A stretch of DNA of 64,000 nucleotides from Podospora anserina. Lineage: Eukaryota. The stretch spans positions 1,674,001 to 1,738,000 of the forward strand of contig CM030334.1 in NCBI GenBank assembly GCA_017654855.1. The letters are read 5' to 3'. Under the pieces are notes generated by a model, which saw nothing but the letters and a program-made list of their open reading frames with translations, ran no database searches and was not told the DNA's origin. This document shows, in pieces, positions 15,099 through 27,365 of this stretch; position 1 is the stretch's first letter; each line of letters begins with the position of its first letter. Position numbers and translations under genes: made by a program.

Positions 15099-15191
15099 GC
15101 CCGATTAGCTCAGCTGGTTAGAGCGTCGTACTAATACTGGAAACAGTACCAAGTAATGCGAAGGTCAACAGTTCAATCCTGTTATTGGGCA
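15099..15191 (+). tRNA. tRNA-Ile(AAT) with a 19-nt intron (15137-15155)
   Basis: Acceptor GCCCGAT/ATTGGGC, D-arm GCTC-AGCTGGTTA-GAGC, anticodon stem TCGTA/TGCGA with CT-AAT-A, intron at the canonical 37/38 position, T-arm AACAG-TTCAATC-CTGTT, and a downstream T-run. Confidence 0.93.
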
Positions 15192-16678
15192 CTATCTTTT
15201 GCGCTTTTTTCCTTTTTTGACTTTTTCTCAATTTTCCTACATCTCTTCCTATTATCTTATAGTTTGTGACAGAGCTCTTCTCGCTTACTGTTCAATCTCA
15301 AAATGGTGGCATGTGGCAGCACTTCTGCATCAACGGCGGCTAGCACCCCACCTTCCGGACGAGAGCCGGTTATCGGATCTGAACTCAGGTTCTTGGTGCT
15401 CGGAATAGCATAAACATATGTATATATAACAATCGCGGCGATGAATTGGGAAATTTGTTCCTTTATCATTAGCTTGAGAGTCTGATAAGTCGTGGAAGCC
15501 GGACGGCCACAAGCGGCTTCTAGCGGTTCTTCACATGGAGTTCCAGAACTTCTGGAAGCTTTGGTGGTGGAATTGGGGGCTCCGGAGCCGGAGAGTCTAT
15601 AACATCGCTAGTTGGAGGCGGTTACACGGCAGGATCTCGAGGTTGAGGGCATAAAGAAAAGGCAGTGAGGAGGCATCAGACGGTGTAACCTGAATACCGA
15701 GGAGGGGTGACTAATGCATGGTGCATTTTTCCCGTTTGCTGCTTGTGATGATGGCACACGAGCAGGTCTGGAAAGATAGAAATAAGAATCATGCCATAGC
15801 TACTTTGCCGATGTGAAGAAAGGGACAAGATATCGGGCCGCTCGATTGGTTACTTGTAGGTAAAATCCGGGTTTAAGCTGCCTGATCCAGAGCTGCAAGG
15901 CTTTTAGGCAGATGTTTTCACAGAGATGAGGACAGAAGCTGAGGGAAGGAAGAAGGAACGAAAAGAAGAGCTGTTATCTAGAGAAAGAACAGGTAGACTT
16001 TGGGGATCTGCATGACGACTACCGACCGAGCAGTGTATAGAGATATCTTGAATAAGTGGTTGAAGAAGCGGGAGGGGAGGGTGGTGGTCTTTGGCGGGGT
16101 AGCCTCTTTGGTAGTCGGGTGGGCGGTGACAGGGGTGTCAAACCCCATGTTCATGTCAATCGAAAGGCGTGCATGTCCCACATTTCGGCAGGGGTCTTTG
16201 ATGCGGGACGGAGAGCAAGCCTCGCTTTCACTGATACGAACCCTTGAAGAGTGACTCTTTTTGGAGGAAGACGAAACCAGTTGAAGCTGGTGGAACTCGT
16301 CTCTGGGGAGGGGGGGCATCTAAATAAAAAGTAGTTCCCGGGGACTTTTTCTGTTTCTTCCTGAATTACATGAGCAGTTGTCTTTTGTTTCATTGCCATT
16401 GACTTACTTACGCCTTTTGCTGACGGATGACTGTTGGGACTTGGACTGACATTGACCTTGACTCGACTCCACGCCGGATATTTTACATGTTAGTACATAC
16501 ACTTTCTTATGAGAGAGGATGAGGGACAGAGGCATATGTTTATATCGATGGTGCCAATGGCACTAAGCACGCCCTTGATCTGACATTTCTTGACAGCTCG
16601 GTTTAACCCGGCCTTTGCCTTGTCACTTCACGAAGAGACGGGGCTCCCCCCCTCGCGCCCTTTCCTGTCCTTCTCCGG

Positions 16679-19600
16679 ATGCCAGTGATACCAGAAATGG
16701 AGGAATATGTCAACTGGGATATGGCCGCCCTCCCAACTACCGGGGAGGGCCCGGACTTTACTTCTTCGTCGGCCAACATGGCCACCGTGCCTGCTCTTGG
16801 AGCAGTTGGAGCCACTGAACATCTGCAGGACCTCGATCTCGCCCTGGAGAATGCAGAGGGGGATGACTTCTCCTTTTGGGCATTGGAGCACTTTGAGAAC
16901 AACATCTCGCCTACACTCGACGGGACGCTAGACGCAAACACTTGCATTGGCCTTAAAGGTCTCGACAGAACCGGGCCGTTCGAAGAAGATCTGGACCTCC
17001 CCGACGTCCCGTGCACCAACTGTCAGCTTGGAGGCTATCAGTGCAAGCGTATTCCAGAGGGTCAGTACAAGGGCTATTGCACCAGCTGCATTGCCCTGTG
17101 CTCTGAATGCAGCTTTGCCGAGACCACCGGTGCTGGCCGCGCCGTCGGGTTCCCTTCCAATCCTTGGCCCATCATGGGCGACCACCCTATGGGTATCCCG
17201 CAGGAGGAAGCCCATGCTGGGGCTGCCCTGAGCGGAAGCCAGCCTGCTGCCGCAACCGAGAACACCACGTCTGAACCTGCTCGGGCAACCTCCAAGACCA
17301 GGACTGGTGTTCGGTTCTCCAGAGAAGAACTGAAGATCCTAAAGAACTGGCTCTCGACTCACAGCAGGCATCCTTATCCTACCGAAGAGGAGAAGGAGAT
17401 GTTACAGAAGCAGACAGGTCTTAGCAAGACCCAGATCACCAACTGGCTTGCCAACACCCGACGCAGAAACAAGAACGCTGTTGCCCAGCGGTCCACCTCA
17501 CCGGGCGTGAGGACGTGGACCAAACCTATCGACATTGCCGGAAGACGAGGTGCCGCGTCTTTTGAGCTCATGAATCCCCTTCAGCGTTGGCAGGTATCTC
17601 CGCCGGAAAATGAACCGGCCTCCGTCACAGCTATTCAACGTGCCATCAGCACGTCTTCGACCCTGCAGTCGGGCCTCAGCAGCCCTTACAGCAGTGTCCA
17701 CTTCACCGACGATGGGTCAGGCAGATCGATCTGCGACTCTGCCATCTCCAGTGCCAATACATCTCATTCTAGCGGGTCGTTTGCTTCGGCCTACTCTTAT
17801 GGCTCTCGTGGCTCGCTCGGGTCGGGAGGGTCCTCCATGCACCGGGGTCGGAGGAGGAGAAGGAGAAAGGCTGCTGCGCCCGCTGCTGCTAATATGACCA
17901 ACAGCACACCTCTACGACAGCCCCTGAAGACGTTCCAGTGTACTTTTTGCACCGAGACTTTCAGAACCAAGCACGACTGGCAGAGACATGAGAAGTCTCT
18001 GCATCTGTCTCTGGAGCGCTGGGTGTGCTCCCCCGATGGGCCGGTCACCTTCAACGCTGAGAGTGACCAGATGCAATGCGTTTTCTGCGGGCATGCCAAC
18101 CCCGACGAGGCTCACATCGACAGCCACAATCACTCTGCCTGCCAAGAGCGCGCACTGGCGGAGAGGACGTTCTACCGGAAGGACCACCTTCGCCAACATT
18201 TGAAGCTTGTCCATGACGCCGCCTATCGCAGCCAGAGCATGGAAGGGTGGAAGGTGACGACTCCAGAGATTCGTTCAAGGTGTGGTTTCTGCGGCATCGT
18301 GATGGACACATGGTCCTTCCGTACCGACCACCTCGCCGAGCACTTCAAGCGCGGTAAATCCATGGCTGACTGGAAGGGTGATTGGGGTTTCGAAGACAAG
18401 GTGTTGGACATGGTCGAGAACTCGATTCCACCGTTCTTGATCCACGACGAGAGAAACTCGCCGGATCCTTTCGAAGCGTCCCACCCCCCTTTTGCTGCCA
18501 AAAACGCGTATGAACTCATCAAGGCAGAGCTGAGGGCTTACATTGATGACCGACCACAAGGTCAGGAGGCCCCGTCTGACGGGGAGCTGCTGAGTGTGGT
18601 TCGCGCCCTGCTGGAAAAGACCAGGACCATCTCGAGGCCTTGCGTCGGTTCAACTGGGTCTTGGCTTCAAGATTTGTTGCTGGCAGCACCGTCCGACCGG
18701 CCTACCCGCCCTTCCTACAAGTCCTCTCTCCAGCAACTCAAGATCACCGGCAAGGGTGACATCTTTGAGCTGGATCCGCTGGAGCTGGAGCTCGAAGTCT
18801 ATGTCAAAGCCCGCCGCCTCCTAGGCCTGACAGCCATGGACAGAGAGCTGCAGTCGGAAGCAGTCAACATCATCCGCCGCATGGACGAGTCCTCTTCCGA
18901 CCCCTCCTCCGATATTGTCCAATTCTTCACCCGCCTCATCTACGCCTCGACCTCCTGGCTAACTTGCTTCCGAGCTCGCGCCCATCTCCCAAGATCAGAA
19001 GACGTCGTCGACGTTCCTCAACGGTCCAAAGACCCCAAGAAGATCGACGCCGGCATCCACAACCCATCCCGCCTGGAATTCGAACTGGCCGAATACGTCC
19101 GCGAGCAACGCTCCCTCTTCGGGGAGGGGTTTGTTCCCAGTGACGACGACCTGCAAAAACGCGCTCGTGTCATCATCTTCGAGTATGATGACGGCTGGAA
19201 CCAAACAGCCGCCGACGACGCGGTTTGGCTTGCCGCCTTCAAAAACAGACATGTTTTTGGCAACGGCACCAACGACAGCAGCGCCTACGTGCCATTGGAT
19301 CTCTCCCACGAGTCCATGTTCCCGAATCCATTGCAGCTCCAGCTCGACGTGTCCGATCCAGCAGGGCGGACTCGCATCCCGTCCATCTCCAACTCGTCCT
19401 CTTCACGATCAGGGTCAGGATCAGGGGGAGGGTCAGGGTCAGGGTCAATCTCAACCCCTTCCCCCCCAGCAGGCTTCAGAGCCAACCTTTTGGGAGACGT
19501 AAACTGCTACCAGCGCCTCGCTCGCGAACTAAAGAAATATGTAGCCAGTGCCATGTCGCCCAACAACCCCAACTGTCACGTCCCTACAGACGAGGAACTG

Positions 19601-20444
19601 CAACACCAAGCTCGTTGGATCATCTATGAAGAGTACGCCCCCCCCCTCCCCCCAACCCCCACCCCTTCTTTCCCCCTTTTTCTTCCATCTAACCCCCCTC
19701 CGCAGCGACGACCCCTGGAACACAACCTGCGCCGAAAACGCCGAATGGCTCCGCCGCTTCAAGCGTGATTCCGGGATCCTCACCGACCCTTCTCTTCCGG
19801 GCTTACCCCTCTCCACCCTCTCCTGGAACATCTCCCAAGGCGGCTCCGGTTTTGCCCCTCCATATACAATCCCGCCTCCTCCCCTCCCCTCCACCGCCTC
19901 CACCTCCGACATCCTCGTCCGGTTACGCGAAGGCTCCAAGCCTTTTCCCGCCCAAACCAAAACAGTCGACCGCTTCGTCAAAAACATCAAAGGACGCTGG
20001 GAGGAGCCAGCAAAAGTCTTTTGTTCTCGAGAGCTGGAAAAAGGACTGGCAGATTGGGTCATGGGGTTGGGGTATGTTCCCTCGGATGGGGAGATGAGCC
20101 AAAAAGCGAAAGAGGTGATGGGGACGGAAAAGACGGCGGCGGATGATGCGGTGCTGGTGGGCAAGTTTAGGGATATGATGGCTGCCAGGCTGCAGCAGTC
20201 AAATCAAACCCAGTACCATCAGGGCCTGGATCTGGGCATGATGGACATGTCGAGCACCAACACCGCAGGACTGACAAGCGGTGAGCTCGACGATCTCCTC
20301 CTTCAGGACATGGACTTTGACTTTACCGACCTCGGTGGGGGAGGTGGTTTTGACGGGAATCTTGTGGGGTTTGAAGGCATTGATCTTCTGATGCCCCAGA
20401 GGAGTAGTGGTGGGCAGCAGCAGCAGCAGCAGCAGATGTTCTAA
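16679..20444 (+). CDS. Homeobox (TALE-type) and C2H2 transcription factor with an N-terminal Zn2Cys6-like motif
   Basis: Homeodomain RFSREELKILKNWLSTHSRHPYPTEEEKEMLQKQTGLSKTQITNWLANTRRR and C2H2 FQCTFCTETFRTKHDWQRHEKSLH plus further C/H motifs. Intron 19633-19705 (GTACGC...CTAAC...CAG) joins the 1029-aa ORF to the 19548-20444 frame. The start may be 16697. Confidence 0.9.
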
Positions 20445-21178
20445 CTTTTGAAGAAGGGGTGGGTGTATGATGCATGGAAATCTCCTCTCAAAAGGGCATT
20501 GAGAGTATGTGATGAGGTCATGAACTTTCATTTCTCTTAGGTTTTTTATGTGCTTTGAATCGGGTTTGGGACAGATTTCTTCTTTCGTGCAGCATTATAT
20601 AGGGTGACGAAGTTGGGAGAGGGCTTACGAAAGATATGAAAATGAATAAAACATAATGATATTTGGCCGTCGGTTGCAGTTACTTCAAGGTGTGCTTGGC
20701 TGTGATGGACTTGGGTGGCTTTAGGCAGCACATCACTTACACGAGACAAAGCTACGCAGGAAAGCCACAAGTGGAAACACAGACGAGATGCAGTTCTTGA
20801 ATGTCGGTATTTATTGGAGTACCCCCAAGTACACCTAGCTAAGTCGATAATGCCAATGCTCTAGGTATCTATCTGGCAGAATACCACCACGGCATAAAGT
20901 TCTGATGCCAAGCTTAAAGTTGTGCCAAAGATAAAAGAGACAAACACGCAAGCTGTAGACGGGAGCACAACATCTACTTGTACAAAACAGCAGGCTCTTA
21001 AGCATAAATGTAGCGGGGAGTTCTCTTGCCCGTTACCCATCAACCTTGCGGAAGCAACTCTACGAGAGAGAGTCGGGTAAAGGGCCTTCTGTCCCGCTTA
21101 TTGATCTTCCAACGCTCCGTTAAGAACAAGCTCTGGGATGAGCTTTGCTCCTGCCATCTCTAGTGATAGCATCGCTGG

Positions 21179-21225
21179 GTGTGTGTGTGTGTGTGTGTGT
21201 GTGTAGTGTAGTGTAGTGTAGTGTA
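21179..21225. repeat. Compound microsatellite (GT)n followed by (GTAGT)n
   Basis: Directly visible tandem repeat. Confidence 0.9.
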
Positions 21226-21553
21226 GGGGGGATATATGAGTGATCTCTAGAGCCTGTCTTGTCGGCAAGACAAGACAAGAGGGGGAACAAGGGAGAGGAG
21301 GGAAGAGCGGTCCGGTCACTGCTGCCCACCATGATGACTGTAACTGTCAATTCGGTATCTGACTGCTCATGAACGTCTATCGCCGCCAATCCTGCTGCCT
21401 GTTAAAAATGAACGCAACGCTGCCATATCACCAAACGCCGACGCTTGTAGCCTGAGCCGGTCCCATCTCAGATCAAAAGAGAGAGAAGTCATGGCGAGGC
21501 CCGGCTGTGACGGAAAAACGAATAAAGAAGATAGATACCTGCTGGGAGATGTG

Positions 21554-23111
21554 TTACGAGTCCAAGACATGCTGGAACAGTGGCGACATCGACTCGCCGT
21601 AGTGGTTTCTGCGAATCGCCTCAGCCAGGAGGAACGACAGATCGAGAACCACCAGCTTGCTGGCCTTGCGCGCCTTCTCTTCGGGTATCGGATAGCTGTT
21701 GGTCACCACGATGGTGTCGATGCAATCACAAGCCTGCATCTGCTCAAGGCAATCGCCTCCAAAGACACCATGTGTTGCAATGCAGTACACCTTCTCGGCC
21801 TTGCCACGCTTCCGTACCGTCTCGGCCGCAGCAATCCACGAGCCGGGCTTGTCGATCATATCGTCCACGATGAAGACCGAACGGCCCTTCACATCGCCCA
21901 CCAACGTGATCATGTGCTCAACTTTGGGTTTGAGAATCTCCTCCTCTTCATCTGAGCTGGCTTCCGCATCACCGGAGCCACCCAGGGCATGGGACTGGGG
22001 CGCAAAAAACGAAGACGCATGGGACATAACCATGGGATCTTCGTCTGGAATCTCTGTCCCTGCCACACTTTCTGCCGGTGATACAAAATCATCCGGCACG
22101 ATATGGCCTTGAACCAAGCGACCATGAATGACCTCTGCTGCTCTCTGATCGTTAAACTCGAGCTCGTCACCTTCCGCCTCCTCGTCGAGCTCATCAATGA
22201 CCGACGACTGTGATAGCGTGGTTTGAGACCTGGTGTGGTGGGGCTTGGGGTTGCTCGCAGAGCGGGCACGTGTGCCGTTAGCAGTCGGGCGAGGTGATCC
22301 CTGGCCGTCTGCCACAACGCGCGAGTCTTGGGATTGTGCGTTTGTTGCTTCCTTTTCGGGCTCGGTCGAGGTGGTACGCACCTGGTTACTGATGGGGTCC
22401 AGCACTGGCTGTCGCTCAATGCCGTCGAGGTGGTTCATGATCATGCTCGCCGTCATGTTGTGGCCTCGTCTTTTGTCCGTAGTGACCATGCCAAAGTTCA
22501 GCTTGAGTGCGTCGGCAAGAGACGTGACACGCTTGGTGCCGCCGGCGTTCTTGGACACCACCACCGCCTCCTTCCAGTCTGGCACATTGTGTCTGATCCA
22601 GCGAGCAATCAGCGGCTCGGCGTGAAGGTTGTCCACCGGGCACTTGAAGAAGCCCTGCATTTGTGACGCGTGCAGATCGACCGTGACAATGTGCTTAACA
22701 CCCGCAACCCCAAGGAGATTGGCCAACATCCGCGCAGTAATCGCTCCTCTATGCGACTTCTTCTTGGACTGGCGACTGTATGGGAAGTATGGCAGGACAG
22801 CTGGGCGACCGTGTCAATTGGGTTCAGTTCATGGAAAGAGGAAGTAATGTACCAGTGACTTTGCTCGCCGAGCCTCCCTTGCAGGCCGAGATCATGATGA
22901 GCAGCTCCATGATGGTGTCGTTGATCTTGGGGCTGCCGGACTGCACGACAAAGACGTCCTTCTCGCGCACGCTGGTGAGGATGCGGACGCTCGTCTCGCC
23001 GTTGGAGAATTGGGTGAGCTCGGCCTCGGCCGGAGCCATGCCGAGATTCTCACATATTTGCTTTGTGAGGGATGGGCAGCTGGTGCCCGAGAAAATGAGG
23101 GTGCCTCGCAT
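21554..23111 (-). CDS. PRS1: Ribose-phosphate pyrophosphokinase, Prs1-type with a long non-homologous insertion
   Basis: FSNGETSV, DTIMELLIMISACKGGSA, PYFPYSRQ, RGAITARMLANLL, DLHASQMQGFF, VVSKNAGGTKRV and IVDDMID. Intron 22801-22852. The ~180-aa insertion after TDKRR is characteristic of fungal Prs1. Confidence 0.93.
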
Positions 23112-23914
23112 CTTGAGAGGGAGCGGATTTGATTGAGGTTGCGGGAGGAAGCTGCAATTTTTTCCCACCTCGTCTAAAAAGCGTTGACAAGAGTGGGGCT
23201 GGTCCCAGGTTCCGTCCCCACCTGCACGGTCGGCTGTCGCACGTCGAGTCAGCTTGTCCGCCCCGATCCCGTCGTGTCCGACACTGCCCGTTCAAGTTGA
23301 GCAATCAGGAAGAGGTGAGGGGCAGACGTTTCGTCATAGGCTTTGTTGCAAAGACGGTGATTATCCGTGGTGCTGTTACCTAAAAGAACAAAATCACATA
23401 AAACTGTGTCACAAGAACCTCAAAGACGCAGGTAAAGAAGGAGGTTCCTACCCACTGAAATTACAGCGGGCAAGTCACTGTCAGCCGGGAAGGCGCGGGC
23501 CTGTAGCTCCGCCTTTCAGGTGGTTGTGGTTGACAACTGAAGCATCAGCCACAAACGGCGGTCGAGTGGCTGACACTTCCTTGAGCAAACAGCCAGAGCA
23601 AACAGCCAGAGCATAGACTGACGGTTAAAACAGTTCCGTTGAGCTTCTCCAGAGTCCTAACTGTTCGTCTGTAGGCCGTTGAGCCGTTTGAATGACTACC
23701 TAAGCCCGTAGTTGTTGCTGCACTTCCTGGGGTCTTGTCAAACAGGCTTTTTGTGGGGAGACCTGGGAAGCTCAACTACAACACAGAAATATTTTTACAC
23801 TGTCCGTACCAGGTACTCTTAGGTACGCCCTTGACTCTATAGGTAAGGCTTATTCATTCCCAAATCCTAGACATGAATCTGACGCTATTCCAGGTATTCC
23901 TCCTCCTGAGAAAT

Positions 23915-25725
23915 ATGGGCATACCTCATCTCAAAAGGAACCTGGAGCCCTATGCAGAGCGGGGTGCCATTGCGCCGTGCAATGTTGTTGTCGACGGCCC
24001 TGCCCTGGCCTATCATGTCCTCAGTCTGGCGTCGAGGACAACCATAAAGACCTCGCCCTTTGAACAGCCCTCATATGAGTTGTTGGGGCGAACAGCGATA
24101 CAATGGCTCGAGAAAATGGAGGAGTGTGGATTAACCATGTACTTACACGAGCCTCCAATAATACACAATTGTAGAGCTAATGTTTCCATCTGTTCAGTGC
24201 GCACATCTACTTTGACGGCTATCTACCCACCTCAAAGCGACCTGAACGTATGCAAAGACTTATCAGGTCGACCAAGGAACTCTTCAAGTACCATTCGACC
24301 ACGGTGACAGGAGTATCAAGAGAACGTTCTCGTCGCAAGGGTGAGAAGAAGGTCGATTTGTTTCCTGCTTTTATCGGGGGAGAAACAAGATCTAAACCAC
24401 CTCCACCTGCCTTTCTTGTACCTGCCGTCTTGGATGCGTTGCGTGGCTCAAAGTATGGCCCAATAACGGAGGTGATGGGTGGAGAGGCAGATGGGTACTG
24501 TGCTGTTCACGTTCGAAAGTCGGGAGGGTTGGTCTTGACTTCAGATTCAGATCTCTTGGTCCATGATCTTGGTGAGAATGGAGGTGTGATATTCTTTACA
24601 GACATCGACCTCGACTCAGAAAACAGCAAGCTTGTCGCTCCTCAGTTTCGACATGCAGAAATCTGCCGCAAACTGTCCATCAAGCCCGACGTGGGCTTCT
24701 CCTACATGGCATTCGAGATCTCGGCAGACCCCCACCTCACACTTGACCAGGCCGCTGAAAGATCAAGGAGAGGAGAAGCTGTGATGTACAGCCGGGAAGA
24801 GTACGATTCGTTCATCAAGACGTACCTGTTGCCCGAGACGGCACCAAAAACAGTCGCTACTTGTGGATTACAGCTCGACCCAAGAATATCTGAGCTGGTT
24901 CTCCGTTATTTGCAGATAACTACAACAGCCTCAAAGGAGAAGGATGCATCCCTCGAGATGTTTCTACCGTTTCTTCTCGACTGCCCATCTCGAACAAGTG
25001 CCTGGGAGGTGAGCAAACCTATCAGGAAGCTGGCCTATTCTCTTCTACAGTCGGGCCAGAAAACCTCTCTCAAGACAGTTTCCGAGATGAGGAGGCTTCA
25101 AACACTGTCTTCGGGATCACAGGTCGATATTCTACCATCATCCAAGGTGGAAGAAGAATGGAGTCATCTCCTCAGCAACATCGGCAAGATAAAGGCACAC
25201 ATCACCGACCCCGAGCTACTTTGGGTAGTACTGTCTATCTACCTAGACATTGACAGGACAGTAGAACGAGCCAAGGGCTACCCCTTAAGTCTCGAAATCC
25301 TGACCCAGGAAGCGAGAGGCAAGCTGAACGAGTACTCCTGGGATGTTCTCCAAGTCTTCGCACAGGTACAAGCAACGTTTTACTCTCTCCGAATGCTTGA
25401 GCAGATTCTCAACCTCCAAGAGAGGAGAGGAAACGCAGTGGATGTTATTACCGCCCTGTCAGATCTCCCATCTCTCGACAAGTTCCTATCACTTGCAGAT
25501 TTTACGGAGACGCTTCAACGTCTGAGAGAGGCCGGCGGACTCGAGTGCCTTATTGACCTCTGCTCAGACATGGAGGATATGATCCCACATATTGAAGCCA
25601 TCGGGAAACCACCAAAGAGCAAAAAGGACAGGAAAAGAAAGGCGCAGTCAGGGGCTGTGGAGGGCCACCAAGTTAGAGCACGGCCGAGCAACCCGTTTGA
25701 GTTGCTGAACAGTCGAGATGACTGA
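23915..25725 (+). CDS. XPG/FEN1-like PIN-domain protein (asteroid-like)
   Basis: MGIPHL N-terminus, VVVDGPALAY, YFDG, EADGYCA and VLTSDSDLL acidic motifs. Intron 24139-24197. Possible 5'UTR intron 23843-23893. Confidence 0.82.
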
Positions 25726-26118
25726 TTCACTTACATACGGAAATCTTCATAATACCAAAGATTTGACAACACCTCCTGACTTCGAACATAATGAGTGATT
25801 AGTAGAAAGCGTACTCTGAAGCCATACCTCCTAAACAAGGGTTAGGGCTCAAAGCGACCATCCAAAAAAAAGTCCTTATCCTTTATCACCCCTCCAAGAG
25901 TCCCCAAAAACTTTTGTGAAATGCCCCGCGTTTCCAGTCATAAAGGTTCTTCCACACATTATTCTCTGCCCCCTCCTTCCACTCACACCACTCGATCTAA
26001 TCAGATCAGATAACCATCTCTCTCCACCCTCACCTTTTTCTCCTCCCCTCCCCTCCCTCTTAAACCTTTCTTCACACCTCGCACCTCCCATACATCCTCA
26101 ACCTACCAGTCTCTCAAA

Positions 26119-27182
26119 ATGTCCGACACGCTCTCGTCGATCGCTTCCTTGAGGTCCTCCCTCACAGCCGAAAGCACCCCCCTCCCCGTCCGCTTCCGCG
26201 CCCTCTTCTCCCTCAAGCACCTAGCCGTAACCGCCCCCTCCCCCACCTCCCCCGAAGCCCTCGCCGCAATCGAAGCCATCGCCGCAGCTTTTACCTCCCC
26301 CTCCGCCCTCCTCAAGCATGAGCTCGCTTACTGCCTGGGCCAGACCCACAACCTCGCCGCAGTCCCCTACCTGATCAAAGTCCTCGAAGATCTCGCCGAA
26401 GACCCCATGTGCAGACACGAAGCAGCCGAAGCTCTCGGCGCGCTAGGCGACACCGGAAGCCTGGAGATTTTGAAAAAGTACAAACACAGACAAGAAGAGG
26501 ACGTCAGTGTAAGGGAGACTTGTGAAATCGCCATTGAGAGGATAGAGTGGGAGAGTAGTGAGGAGAGAAAGAGGGAGAAGCTTAGGCAGAGGTGCGCATT
26601 TCACTCAAGAACAAGGGGGAAAAGAAAGGGCTGTTTTGAAGAGATCGCATTGCTAACTAGATTGCTACAAACAGTGACTTTGCCTCGGTCGATCCTGCTC
26701 CTCCCATGCCCCAAGGCGAAGAGACACAGAGTGTCGAGGAGCTGCGCAAGACGCTCATGGACACCACCAAGCCCCTTTTCCTCCGATATCGCGCCATGTT
26801 TGCCCTTCGCGATTTGGCGTCTCCTCCTGATCTCCCGACTGCTGTCCCGGCTGTTTTGGCATTGGCCGAAGGCTTCGCGGATAACTCTGCGCTTTTCAGA
26901 CATGAAATTGCTTTTGTTTTCGGGCAGCTGTCGCATCCTGCTTCTATTCCCGCGCTGACTGGTGCATTGAGCAACACGGAGGAGGCGTCGATGGTGAGGC
27001 ACGAGGCTGCCGAGGCGCTGGGCAGCTTGGGTGAGGAGCCCGGAGTGGAGGAGACGCTCAAGAAGTTCTTGCACGATAAAGAGAAGGTGGTGAGGGAGAG
27101 CTGTATTGTTGCGCTGGATATGGCCGAGTATGAGAAGAGCAATGAGGCGGAGTATGCCTTGATTCCGGAGGTCACTGCTTAA
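26119..27182 (+). CDS. LIA1: Deoxyhypusine hydroxylase (HEAT-repeat metalloenzyme)
   Basis: Four HE motifs ([45 protein letters not shown]). Intron 26592-26674 restores [11 protein letters not shown]. Confidence 0.96.
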
Positions 27183-27365
27183 GCAAGGGATTTGAGTGGG
27201 AGGTAAATATGGATGGGTATCTTTGAGCGTTCTATTGTTGATAACAGGCGTTTGGTCATTAAAACGATGTTTGGTTTGGCTGCCTCTTGAGAGGGCGGGT
27301 TTGTTAGATGTTTCTGTGCTCGGGCATATCGTGGGTGGTTGTCGTGAATTAGGAAGGGTAGCAGC

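Noticed and set aside
21331..21455. C/D box snoRNA-like motifs (ATGATGA...CTGA); similar at about 15001 and 63229
   Set aside because: No terminal stem or recognisable rRNA guide, poor spacing, and the short motifs are expected by chance.
21920..22465. Long insertion in PRPP synthetase as a novelty or intein
   Set aside because: Matches the established non-homologous region of fungal Prs1. No intein C/S...HN motifs.
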